Assembly (NCBI GenBank): GCA_964291295.2
Contig: OZ219754.1
Span: 1,152,001-1,216,000, forward strand
DNA: 64,000 bases
Reading direction: 5' to 3'
Source of the DNA: an uncultured Candidatus Binatia bacterium
GTDB lineage: Bacteria; Desulfobacterota; Binatia; UBA9968; JAJDTQ01
In this document: piece after piece, positions 1 to 8,932 of the stretch
Position numbering within the stretch: the first letter of the stretch is position 1
Layout: every line of letters begins with the position of its first letter
Notes under the pieces: generated by a model
Seen by the model: only the letters and a program-made list of their open reading frames with translations
Database searches by the model: none
What the model was told of the DNA's origin: nothing
Translations under genes and position numbers: made by a program

Positions 1-240
1 CGTCACCACCACCTTCCGCCGCGCTGACGGGCGCACCTTGCACGTGCGCAAGGCGACCCGCGCCGAACCAACCCAGCAGGCCATCTACAAAGCCTTGGGC
101 ATTGATCCCGCTCCCGGAGGAACCCGCAAAACCCTCGTGTAACCAACCCTCAAACACCCACCTGTAGTGCCACTCGCCGCTTCAAGCCACCATAACTATA
201 TGATATGCAATGTGATCTTTTGGAGAGTGGTAAACTTGGG
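1..240 (+). mobile_element. Right end of an IS1634-family-like insertion sequence (transposase C-terminus <1..142 plus terminal region)
   Basis: Frame from position 2 reads VTTTFRRADGRTLHVRKATRAEPTQQAIYKALGIDPAPGGTRKTLV* (TAA 140-142), resembling IS1634 transposase C-termini. An AT-richer tail ends ...GTAAACTTGGG directly before CTAG (241-244). Confidence 0.75.
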
Positions 241-2481
241 CTAGGCCCCGCCCGGCCCCTTCCGATTCATCGCCTCGAACACCTTCTCCGAAGTGATGGG
301 CAGTGACGTGATCCGGACGCCGCAGGCGTCGGCCACGGCATTGGCGATGGCTCCCGCGGTGGGGATGTTGGCGGTCTCGCCGATGGCCATGCTGTTGTAC
401 GGTCCGGGACCGCGCCTGTGTTCCGACACCAGGGTGGTCAGTTCCGGAACGTCCCGGATGGTGGGGATCTTGTAGTCGCCGAAATTGGCGGTGGTGACCT
501 TGCCATCGTCCACCACCAGGTGCTCCATCATGCCGTAGCCGATGCCGGTCATGCTGGCGCCTTCGATCTGCCCCTGGTGCATCAGCGGGTTCAGGATGGT
601 GCCGGTGCTGTGGCTCGTGACCAGGCGCTTGAGTTCGACATTGCCGGTCTCGGGGTCCACCTCCACTTCGGCGATCTGCGCGCACATGGCCGCATCCGGG
701 ACCTTGGAGGTGTCGTCGTAGAGCCCTTCGGCCTCGATGGCCGAGCCCTTGGCCTTGACCACGTCGGCATAGCTGATGCCCCGGTCGGTGCTCTTGTGCA
801 CCACCTTGCCGTCGGAGAGTTCGAGGTCTTCCCCGGGTGCGTCCAGTGCGTTGGCGGCGTGTTCCAGCAGTTGCGCGCGCGTCTTCATGATGCCGTCGTA
901 GCCGGCGTTGCCGTAGACCCGGGTGCCGCGGCTGCCGCCCAGCCCGGAGTCCTTGATGCCGGCGCTGGTGTCGAAGTGCTCGAACCGGATCCTGTCGGCC
1001 GGGATCTTGAGTTCCTGCTCCGCCATCTGCTCCAGCAGGGTGAAGGTGCCAACGCCTTGGTCCAGCATGGCCGACGAAACCGTCAGAGTGCCGGTATCGT
1101 CGAGCCTGAACTTCACCAGCCCCTTGCCGCCGTTCACCGACCACTGCACGAGCCCGATGCCGCGCCCCACGTTCCTGGGCCGCGGCTCATGGTACTTGAC
1201 CGCGTCGAGGGCCCTGTCGAGAACCGCATGGGAGCCGACATAGTCGATCTTCTCCCCCACCGGAGAGTCCGCCACTCCCTCCAGCAGGTTCTTCTTTCGC
1301 AACTCCGCCGGATCCATGCCCAACGCCTCGGCCAGCAGGTCGAGCTGGCTCTCGTTGGCGAAGAATCCCTGCGGGTCGCCCGGCGAGCGCATGTGTCCGC
1401 ACGGCACCTGGTTGGTGTAGACCATGTGCTCTTCCACCAGCGTGTTGGGCATGTTGTAAGGGCCCGGGGACTTCTGCGGTCCGCCGAGAATGCCGTTGGG
1501 CTTGAACGCGCAGTAGGCGCCGGTGTCGAACACGAAGTCCATGTGATGGGCGGTGATGGTGCCGTCCTTCCTGGCGCCTGTCCGGACCTTGATGATCGAG
1601 GCGTGCCGAGGGTTGCCGGCGATGAACTCCTCGTCGTAGTCCATGACGATCTTCACGGGCCGGCCGCCGCTCTTCTTCGAGAGCGAGTAGCACAGGGCGA
1701 TGTCCATGAAATCGCCCTTGCCGCCGAAGTCGCCGCCGATGTAACAGGGATGGACCACGATGGCCTCCGGATCCACCCGCACGGCGTTGGCCACCTGGTC
1801 GCGGATACCGAAGGGCACCTTGCTGCACGCCCAGATCTCGGCCGCGCCCGTGGCCGGGTCGGTCCGGGCCACGCAGGAGTGCGGCTCGATGTAGGCCTGG
1901 TGCACCTTGGGTGTCGTGAAGGTGTTTTCGACCATGACGTCGGCTTCCTCGAACCCCTTCTCGATGTCGCCCTTCTTCCAGTTGACGTAGATCACCCGGT
2001 TGGTCGGGCCGTCGAGTTTCTGCGGCAGCCCCTTGTAGGTGTGGACCTCCGGGTGCAGCAGCGGCGCCGACGGCTCCATGGCCTCCACCGGATCGAGCAC
2101 CGGGTCCATTTCCTCGTACTCGACCTCGATGAGCCCCACGGCTTCCTCGGCCGCGTCTTCGGTCTCCGCGGAGACCGCCGCCACCTTCTCGCCGATGAAC
2201 CGCACGCGGCCGTCCGCGACGATGGGCATGTCCACCACCCGCCGGCCGATGCGCAGACCGGCGACATCCTCGCCGGTGAGGATGCCGACCACGCCGGGCA
2301 CCTGCAGGGCCCGGCTCGTGTCGATGCGCTTGATGAGGCCGCAGGGAATGGGGCTGCGCAGGATCTTGCCCCAGAGCATGTCCGGGAACGTGACGTCCAC
2401 CGCGTACCTGGCCTTGCCGCTCACCTTGTGCTCTCCGTCGATGCGGGGTGTGGGAACGCCCACGCTGTGTCTTTCCGCCAT
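241..2481 (-). CDS. Xanthine dehydrogenase/CoxL-family molybdopterin-binding large subunit
   Basis: Start MAERHSVG (ATG 2481, GAGGTG upstream). Motifs KVSGKARYAVD, VHQAYIEPH, IGGDFGGKG, DQGVG, GGSRGT, NPLMHQGQIEG, MAIGE. It lacks the AYxCSFR signature of true CO dehydrogenase. Confidence 0.92.
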   Translation of the reverse strand: MAERHSVGVPTPRIDGEHKVSGKARYAVDVTFPDMLWGKILRSPIPCGLIKRIDTSRALQVPGVVGILTGEDVAGLRIGRRVVDMPIVADGRVRFIGEKVAAVSAETEDAAEEAVGLIEVEYEEMDPVLDPVEAMEPSAPLLHPEVHTYKGLPQKLDGPTNRVIYVNWKKGDIEKGFEEADVMVENTFTTPKVHQAYIEPHSCVARTDPATGAAEIWACSKVPFGIRDQVANAVRVDPEAIVVHPCYIGGDFGGKGDFMDIALCYSLSKKSGGRPVKIVMDYDEEFIAGNPRHASIIKVRTGARKDGTITAHHMDFVFDTGAYCAFKPNGILGGPQKSPGPYNMPNTLVEEHMVYTNQVPCGHMRSPGDPQGFFANESQLDLLAEALGMDPAELRKKNLLEGVADSPVGEKIDYVGSHAVLDRALDAVKYHEPRPRNVGRGIGLVQWSVNGGKGLVKFRLDDTGTLTVSSAMLDQGVGTFTLLEQMAEQELKIPADRIRFEHFDTSAGIKDSGLGGSRGTRVYGNAGYDGIMKTRAQLLEHAANALDAPGEDLELSDGKVVHKSTDRGISYADVVKAKGSAIEAEGLYDDTSKVPDAAMCAQIAEVEVDPETGNVELKRLVTSHSTGTILNPLMHQGQIEGASMTGIGYGMMEHLVVDDGKVTTANFGDYKIPTIRDVPELTTLVSEHRRGPGPYNSMAIGETANIPTAGAIANAVADACGVRITSLPITSEKVFEAMNRKGPGGA

Positions 2482-2551
2482 TGGACTCACCTCTGGAAGT
2501 GGTTGAAGATGCGGGTGCCGGAACCCCGGGGACTCACTCGGACCCACGCAC

Positions 2552-4075
2552 TTACTGGACCAGGCGGCTCTCCGGGAACATGAACGAGCGGATGGTGACC
2601 GGGATGACCTCGGTGACTCCCATGGCATTGCCGACGTCGATGAAGTCCAGGTCGCCGACGTCGATGCCGTCGACCGCGATGACCTCCGGTGCCACCTTCA
2701 GCTCTTCCTTGAGGATGCCGCCGAGGGCTTTGGCCACATCCACGTCGAGGATCAGATAGACGTGGAGGTTCGGATCCGCCGGCTCCTCGGCATCGGCGAC
2801 CACCGCGGCGATGCCTTCCGCCACCCGCCGGACGAACCGGTAGTCGGGTACACCCTGGAGACCCAGGGCCAGGGCCAGGCCGGACTTGAAGCGCTCCAGG
2901 TCGAATTTGGCCAGCGCCGTGCGGATGACGCCCTGCACGTCGGAGCCTCCGTCGATGACCGCCTTGACCACCTGCAGGCCGTAGACCGGAAGCGGCGTCC
3001 CGCTGGAGATGTAGCTCGTGTTGCCGCTGGCCTGGATGGTGTACTCGCCGGCGCCGATGACGGTGGCGCGGATGCCCTCCGTGGGCTCCTTGACCAGGTC
3101 CGGCCGGTTGAGCTCGTCGATGCGGTGGCGGATCTCCCTGCCCAGGTAAGGGCCGACATCGCCGCAGGAGGGAGCCTCGTGGTCGTGGATGTGCTCCGAG
3201 ACGCCGCCCGAGAAGACGATGTGGTCGATGCTCTGCAAGCCGTCGTAGTCCGGCAACGGATCGGTCACCCTCAGGCGGGTCTCAAGGTCGGACAGCGGCT
3301 TCGCCTGGATGACGTTGAACAGGTAGTTGCCCATATAGGCGGCCAACGACCTCTTGACGTCGCCGGTGACGACCTGGCCGACCTCCACCGGCATACCCAG
3401 CTCCCTGGTGATGAATCTGGCCGGAAGCTCGACCCGCGTCGCCACGTCGTCTTCGTCAAAAGCGATGAGGCGCGCGCCCACGCTGATGGCGGCCGTCTGG
3501 GTCACGGTGCCGTCGCGAATGACCGACAGCTTGGTGGTGCCGCCGCCCATGTCGATGTTCAACACGGTGGCGCCGGCCGATTTTGACAGTTCCACCGCGC
3601 CGCAGCCATGGGCCGCCAGCAGCGCTTCGTGGTTGGGTCCCGCCGAGGCGCAGATGAACTTGCCGGAATCCTTGGCGAAATACTCGAGGATCGGGCGGGA
3701 GTTCTCCTTGTTGAGGGCCTCCCCCGTGATCACCACGGCGCCGGTGTCGATATCGTCCTGGGTGTAGCCGGCCACGCGGTAGGATTCGTGGATGAACTCC
3801 TCCACCCGGGCCGTGTCGATGAGCGTCCCCGAACTGTACGGCGTCAGCATGATCGGCGAGCGGTAGAGCACCTCCCGGTCGGTGACCCTGAAACGGGCCG
3901 ACAGTCCGGCGCCTTCGCGCCGGAGCGTCAGGTGGGAGAATACGAGATGCGAGGTCGAGGAGCCGATGTCGATGCCCACGCTCGTGAGCGAGAACATCTC
4001 GACTCCTTCGATGTCCTCCACGATGGCATCGGGGCCGGGGTGAAAGTGTTCTGGGTTGTCCGCGTCGTCGTGCAT
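2552..4075 (-). CDS. EutA-like reactivating factor (ASKHA/actin-fold ATPase)
   Basis: SVGIDIGSSTSHLVFS, DTGAVVITGEA, SAGPNHEALLAAHG, NIDMGGGTTK, FSGGVSE and IRATVIGA match the EutA family. No eutBC in the window. Confidence 0.85.
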   Translation of the reverse strand: MHDDADNPEHFHPGPDAIVEDIEGVEMFSLTSVGIDIGSSTSHLVFSHLTLRREGAGLSARFRVTDREVLYRSPIMLTPYSSGTLIDTARVEEFIHESYRVAGYTQDDIDTGAVVITGEALNKENSRPILEYFAKDSGKFICASAGPNHEALLAAHGCGAVELSKSAGATVLNIDMGGGTTKLSVIRDGTVTQTAAISVGARLIAFDEDDVATRVELPARFITRELGMPVEVGQVVTGDVKRSLAAYMGNYLFNVIQAKPLSDLETRLRVTDPLPDYDGLQSIDHIVFSGGVSEHIHDHEAPSCGDVGPYLGREIRHRIDELNRPDLVKEPTEGIRATVIGAGEYTIQASGNTSYISSGTPLPVYGLQVVKAVIDGGSDVQGVIRTALAKFDLERFKSGLALALGLQGVPDYRFVRRVAEGIAAVVADAEEPADPNLHVYLILDVDVAKALGGILKEELKVAPEVIAVDGIDVGDLDFIDVGNAMGVTEVIPVTIRSFMFPESRLVQ

Positions 4076-4087
4076 GACTCGTGCCGT

Positions 4088-5218
4088 CTACTGTTTGCCC
4101 ATCCCCTTGGACCACTCGTAGTCGGGGTTGGTGTAGGCTTCCTCGTGCATCAGGCTCGTGGTGCCGCGCTTGGCCAGCTCTTCCTCGAACTTGGCCCGGA
4201 TGAAGGGATCCTCGTCCGGATACTCGATCTGGTCCTTGGCCCGGTCTTCGACCTTTTCCGCGTAGCCGTGGAACTGCATGGGCGGATGGAACGCCAGGTA
4301 ACGGGCGGGGGTGGCGCCGGCATTGAAATGCTGGTGGAACCACTTGTTGGGCGGTACGAAGACGCTGGCCTCGTGCCACGGCACGACGATCTTCTCCTTG
4401 TCCTCTTCCCACAGGATCGAGTAGCCCTCGCCCGCGGGGATGACGATCACCCGGCCCGGGCCGTGGCGGTGCGCCTTCTTGTAGGTGCGCGCCGCGAACA
4501 CCGACATGTGGCAGGAGAGTTCGGAGTTGGGGAACTCGATGAACACGCTGTGGCCGCCGGCACCGCGCTTCTTGTTCTCGTCCAGCCTGTCCCATGCTCT
4601 CATGTCCGGGAAGAAATTGCCGTACCAGTAGACACGGCGGTTCCACACGTTCCACTTGCCCGAATCCGTGACCATCTTGGCCTCGGAGTAGAACTCCCCG
4701 TTCTGGGAAGCGATGACGTCCTGGCCGGCGAACGGGTTGTCGAAGAAGAACTCCGGGTCTCCCACCGCGGACATGGCCAGGGGCAGATAGTTGTAGTGCA
4801 GCAGCCGCACGGCCTTGTCCCCCTGCATGTTGTGGAGGGTGTAGTGGTAGTTGCGCGGCACGATGAACATGCTGTTGTTGTGCCACTCGAAGGTTTTTTT
4901 GGTGCCGCTGTCGTCGCGCCACACGGTGGTGGCGCCCCTGCCCTCCACCACATAGACGACCTCGTCGAGGGCGAATCTTATGGGCGGCGTGGACTCGCCC
5001 GGGGCGACCTCCTGGATCCAGGCGCCGGTCACGCCTTCCTGGCCCATGAGCTGCATGAAGGCGGCCTTGCACTTGCGGTCTTCCCACCATTCGAGGTCGC
5101 AAGTGCGCAGGTCGCCGATGAAGTAGCCGGTGTGGATCGGAATCCCCAAGGACTCCATCCAGTGGTCGTAGGTGAAACGGGTCTTCTCCGTGACGGCACC
5201 GCTGATGTCTTCTCCCAT
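4088..5218 (-). CDS. Bicupin (double cupin) protein, gentisate-dioxygenase-like fold
   Basis: ATG 5218 with AAGGAG RBS. First cupin DEVVYVVEGRGATTVW...FIVPRNYHYTLHN; second KAHRHGPG...GEGYSILW...FVPPNKWFHQHFN with His metal ligands. Confidence 0.85.
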   Translation of the reverse strand: MGEDISGAVTEKTRFTYDHWMESLGIPIHTGYFIGDLRTCDLEWWEDRKCKAAFMQLMGQEGVTGAWIQEVAPGESTPPIRFALDEVVYVVEGRGATTVWRDDSGTKKTFEWHNNSMFIVPRNYHYTLHNMQGDKAVRLLHYNYLPLAMSAVGDPEFFFDNPFAGQDVIASQNGEFYSEAKMVTDSGKWNVWNRRVYWYGNFFPDMRAWDRLDENKKRGAGGHSVFIEFPNSELSCHMSVFAARTYKKAHRHGPGRVIVIPAGEGYSILWEEDKEKIVVPWHEASVFVPPNKWFHQHFNAGATPARYLAFHPPMQFHGYAEKVEDRAKDQIEYPDEDPFIRAKFEEELAKRGTTSLMHEEAYTNPDYEWSKGMGKQ

Positions 5219-5413
5219 GGATCGCTCCTTGAAGTTGAATTTTGCGAGAACGCCCCCGTTCGGGGAACGAAGCCCCTCTGTTCTGGGAACAGGAACGGGC
5301 CGGCGGCCGGCCTGTTCCGAGGCAACAGGAGTCGTTTTTATAGCGTTCCGCGGCACCCGGGGTCAAGACCGCGCCTCCGGGGAGCGTTCCCCCAGCCGGC
5401 TCCGGCGTCCGTG

Positions 5414-5442
5414 TTGACAGAGGGGGCTTACTCTGTGAGGAT
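5414..5442 (+). promoter_or_regulatory. Possible sigma70 promoter of dxs
   Basis: TTGACA (5414-5419), 17 bp, then TGn-GAGGAT. The -10 is weak. Confidence 0.3.
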
Positions 5443-5518
5443 TCCTGTTCTTTCGGCGCATGCTCCCCATGAACCATCCACCGGGTCCATTTTGCCTTGT
5501 CAGCGGCGAGGATCGACT

Positions 5519-7429
5519 ATGCCCATCCTGACGAGGGTCGGCCAGCCGGCCGACCTCAAGAACCTCTCTCCCGAGCAGTTCCCGCAACTCTGCGAGGATA
5601 TCCGCGAGCGGATCATCTCGGTCATATCCAATGTCGGCGGACACCTCGCCTCCAATCTCGGCGTCGTCGAACTGACCGTCGCCCTTCACTACCTGCTGGA
5701 CACGCCCCGGGATCTCATCGTCTGGGATACCGGCAACCAGTCCTACGCCCACAAGCTGCTGACCGGGCGTCAGGCGCAGTTCCACACCATCCGTCAACTC
5801 GGCGGGTTGAGCGGATTCTGCAAGCGCGAGGAGAGCGAGTACGATACGTTCAATGCCGGCCACGCCGGCACCGGCGTCTCCGCCGCGGCGGGATTCGTGG
5901 AAGCCCGCGAACAGCGGCAACAGGACCACAAGGTGGTCTGCGTGGTCGGCGACGGCGCGCTGACCTCGGGCCTCACCATGGAGGGGCTCCAGCAGGCCGG
6001 CGGCCTGAAGCGGGATCTCCTGGTGATCCTCAACGACAACCAGATGTCCATCTCCAGGAACGTGGGCGCCATCTCGGCGTACCTCAACCGCACCATCACG
6101 GGAGAGTTCTTCGACCGGATCACCGAGGAGACCAAGCGGGTCCTGGGCAAGGTGCCGCACATCGGCGATCGGGTGCAGAGACTGGCCGGACGAGCTCAGG
6201 AATTGGTGAAGGGGCTGTTGCTGCCCGGTCTTCTGTTCGAGGAACTCGGGTTCCGGTACGTGGGCCCCATCGACGGCCATCAGTTCGAGCACCTGCTGCC
6301 GACCCTGGAGAACGTGCTCAAGCTGGAGGGGCCGACGCTGCTGCACGTGGTTACCAGGAAGGGGCAGGGCTACGGCCCGGCCATGGAAAACCCCGTGCGG
6401 TTCCACGCCAGTTCGCCCTTCGACCGTGATACCGGCCAGCCCAGGAAGAAATCCGCCACGCCCTCTTATGGCAGCATCGCCGTCGACGCCCTGGTTCGAC
6501 TGGCCCGGGAAGATCCGCGCATCGTCGCCATTACCGCGGCCATGGCCGAGGGAACGGGTTTGGCCGCGTTCGAAAAGCTCTTTCCCGAGCGGTTCTATGA
6601 CGTCGGCATTGCCGAGCAGCACGCCGTCACCTTTGCCGCGGGGCTGGCGGTGCAGGGCATGCGGCCGGTGATCCCCATCTACTCGACCTTCCTGCAGCGG
6701 GGCTACGACCAGATCGTCCACGACGTCGCCACCCAGAATCTCCCGGTGACGTTCTGCATCGACCGCGCCGGGCTGGTGGCCGAGGACGGCACCACCCACC
6801 ACGGGGCGTTCGACCTGGCGTACCTTCGGCATGTGCCGAACATGGTGGTGATGGCGCCCAAGGACGAGAACGAGTTGCAGCACATGGTGAAGTCGTGCGT
6901 CAGTTGCGGCAGGCCCGCGGCGGTGCGCTATCCGCGCGGAGCGGGGCTGGGCGTGGACATGGACCCGGCGCCGCGGGCGCTGCCGCTGGGCCAGGGCGAA
7001 CTGGTCCGGGACGGCACGGACATCGCGCTGGTAGCCATCGGCGTGACCGTGCACCTGGCGGCGGCGGCGGCCGAACGGATGGCCCGGGAGGGAATTTCCG
7101 CCGCCGTGATCAACGCGCGGTTCGTCAAGCCGCTCGACGGCGATCTGATCGCCCGGGTGGCCGGGCAGGTGAAGTGTCTGCTGACGGTGGAGGAATCGAC
7201 CGTCATGGGCGGATTCGGGTCCGCCGTTCTCGAACTGTTGTCGCACCGGGGCATCGTCAACCTGGCGACGAAATGCCTGGGATTGCCGGACCGCTACATC
7301 GAGCAGGGGCCGCAGGATGTGCTGCGCGAGAAATACGGGTTGACGGCCGACGGGATCCACCGGCAGGCCAGGGGGTTGCTCGCGCAAGCCGGCACCCCGG
7401 CGCAGGCCGCCCCGCCGCCAGGAACCTGA
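5519..7429 (+). CDS. dxs: 1-deoxy-D-xylulose-5-phosphate synthase
   Basis: GGHLASNLGVVELT, GDGALTSG...LNDN (TPP-binding), YVGPIDGH, GIAEQHAVT, IYSTFLQRGYDQ, DRAGLVAEDGTTHHG, RYPRG. Real start is ATG 5519. Confidence 0.97.
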   Translation: MPILTRVGQPADLKNLSPEQFPQLCEDIRERIISVISNVGGHLASNLGVVELTVALHYLLDTPRDLIVWDTGNQSYAHKLLTGRQAQFHTIRQLGGLSGFCKREESEYDTFNAGHAGTGVSAAAGFVEAREQRQQDHKVVCVVGDGALTSGLTMEGLQQAGGLKRDLLVILNDNQMSISRNVGAISAYLNRTITGEFFDRITEETKRVLGKVPHIGDRVQRLAGRAQELVKGLLLPGLLFEELGFRYVGPIDGHQFEHLLPTLENVLKLEGPTLLHVVTRKGQGYGPAMENPVRFHASSPFDRDTGQPRKKSATPSYGSIAVDALVRLAREDPRIVAITAAMAEGTGLAAFEKLFPERFYDVGIAEQHAVTFAAGLAVQGMRPVIPIYSTFLQRGYDQIVHDVATQNLPVTFCIDRAGLVAEDGTTHHGAFDLAYLRHVPNMVVMAPKDENELQHMVKSCVSCGRPAAVRYPRGAGLGVDMDPAPRALPLGQGELVRDGTDIALVAIGVTVHLAAAAAERMAREGISAAVINARFVKPLDGDLIARVAGQVKCLLTVEESTVMGGFGSAVLELLSHRGIVNLATKCLGLPDRYIEQGPQDVLREKYGLTADGIHRQARGLLAQAGTPAQAAPPPGT

Positions 7430-7500
7430 AAGACCGCGCGGCCGCCCGCGCCGAAGGTTGCCCGGCGGCCCGCCCGCAAGACCCGTCGTTCGCCGCCAGT

Positions 7501-8511
7501 CTAGCTGCTGCCGGCCCCGGGCGCCCTGCCCGCGGAGTCGTCCGTCCTGTCTCCGGGTAGAATCTGCGCGCCGGCCTCCGCCAACTCCGGCGGCAGCTTG
7601 AAGGTGACATTCTCCGCGGCGCCCTCGTGGTTGGTCAGGGTGACGTCGAACAGTTCGCGGAGCCGGTCCACCAGGCCCTGAACCAACTCTTCCGGTGCCG
7701 AGGCGCCGGCGGTGATCCCGACGGTGCGCGCCCCGCGCAGCCAAGCCGGGTCCAGGCTCCCGGCATCCGGTATCAGGTGGCTTGCGGTTCCGGCCTCGCC
7801 GCCGATCTCGCGCAGGCGGTTCGAGTTGGAACTGTAGTCGGCGCCGATGACCAGGATCACGTCGGACTCGGCTGCCAGCCGGCGCACCTCTGCCTGCCGG
7901 TTTTGCGTGGCGTAGCAGATGTCCTTCAGGTCGGGGCCCCGGATCTCGGGGAAGCGGGCCTTGAGCGCGGCGATGATCTCGCGGGTGTCGTCGACGCTGA
8001 GGGTCGTCTGTGTCACGTAGGCGAGCTTCGCCGGGTCCGCCGGTTCCAGCGCGGCCACATCCGCCGCCGCGGACACCAGGTGCACCGTTCCCGGCACCTG
8101 CCCCATGGTGCCCTCGACCTCCGGGTGCCCCGCATGTCCTACGAGAACGATCTCGTAGCCCTGCCGCGCGTAGCGTTGCGCCTCCATGTGCACCCTGCTG
8201 ACCAGCGGGCAGGTGGCGTCGATGACCTGGAGGGCACGGCCGCCGGCGGCGTCCTCCACCTTGCGGGATACGCCGTGAGCGCTGAATACGGTCACCGCTC
8301 CCTCGGGGATTTCGGAGACCTCGTCCACGAAGCGCGCGCCCTTTTCGCGCAGCAGATCGACCACGTGCTTGTTGTGGACGATCTCGTGCCGCACATAGAC
8401 GGGAGCTCCGTAGAGCCGGAGCGCGCGCTCCACGATGTCCACGGCTCTCACCACGCCGGCGCAGAAACCTCTCGGCTGCGCCAGGATGATTTGCAAGGGT
8501 TGTTTTGCCAC
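7501..8511 (-). CDS. ispH: 4-hydroxy-3-methylbut-2-enyl diphosphate reductase
   Basis: [61 protein letters not shown]. Likely GTG start at 8511 with GGAG upstream. Confidence 0.97.
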   Translation of the reverse strand: MAKQPLQIILAQPRGFCAGVVRAVDIVERALRLYGAPVYVRHEIVHNKHVVDLLREKGARFVDEVSEIPEGAVTVFSAHGVSRKVEDAAGGRALQVIDATCPLVSRVHMEAQRYARQGYEIVLVGHAGHPEVEGTMGQVPGTVHLVSAAADVAALEPADPAKLAYVTQTTLSVDDTREIIAALKARFPEIRGPDLKDICYATQNRQAEVRRLAAESDVILVIGADYSSNSNRLREIGGEAGTASHLIPDAGSLDPAWLRGARTVGITAGASAPEELVQGLVDRLRELFDVTLTNHEGAAENVTFKLPPELAEAGAQILPGDRTDDSAGRAPGAGSS

Positions 8512-8792
8512 GGGCCACACTCCGGTGCCGCCTCCGGTGCCGCCGCGCGGGCGCGCCGGCACACGCATGTCAGCACACACGTACCACTATGCAGCAGCCG
8601 CGCCGAGGGGTCAACGATCATCCCGCCGGAACAGTCTCTCGTCGTATCCTTTCTCGACCGGCGGCCGGCCGCCGCGCCGCCCAGGCAAGATCCGAACAAC
8701 CCCGAGCCCGCTTGGGCTGAATCAACAAGATCAACAGGTTGCAAGCTATTCTTCCTGTCGCGCCATCTCCTTGTTCAGCCCTTCCCTTGAAG

Positions 8793-8860
8793 GCGAAACC
8801 GTCCCGTGGACACCGCGCCGTCTCCCCCTCGCGGCAGCGAAACCGTCTCATGGACACCGC
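8793..8860. repeat. Two 24-bp direct repeats (GCGAAACCGTCYCRTGGACACCGC), period 44 bp
   Basis: 8793-8816 and 8837-8860 match at 22/24 positions, in the hpnE-ispH intergenic region. Confidence 0.7.
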
Positions 8861-8932
8861 AATCGGCTTGCGAATCGGGCTTCCGAACGGACGGCTGAAC
8901 CTGCCCGCGCCGGCCACGAGCCCTGGATCGGA

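Noticed and set aside
241-2481. Call as aerobic CO dehydrogenase CoxL
   Set aside because: It lacks the AYxCSFR/AYxGAGR active-site loop (has GHMRSPG); the substrate is unknown.
418-2583. Long antisense or alternative-frame ORFs (e.g. 418..2583 +, 5363..8518 -, 20704..23481 +, 44862..47249 +, 51282..53795 -)
   Set aside because: These are shadow ORFs expected at high GC; they overlap well-supported genes and show no family motifs.
3608-5518. Apparent 640-aa N-terminal extension of DXS (1273-aa ORF)
   Set aside because: It is the antisense of the cupin/EutA genes; DXS homology starts at ATG 5519.
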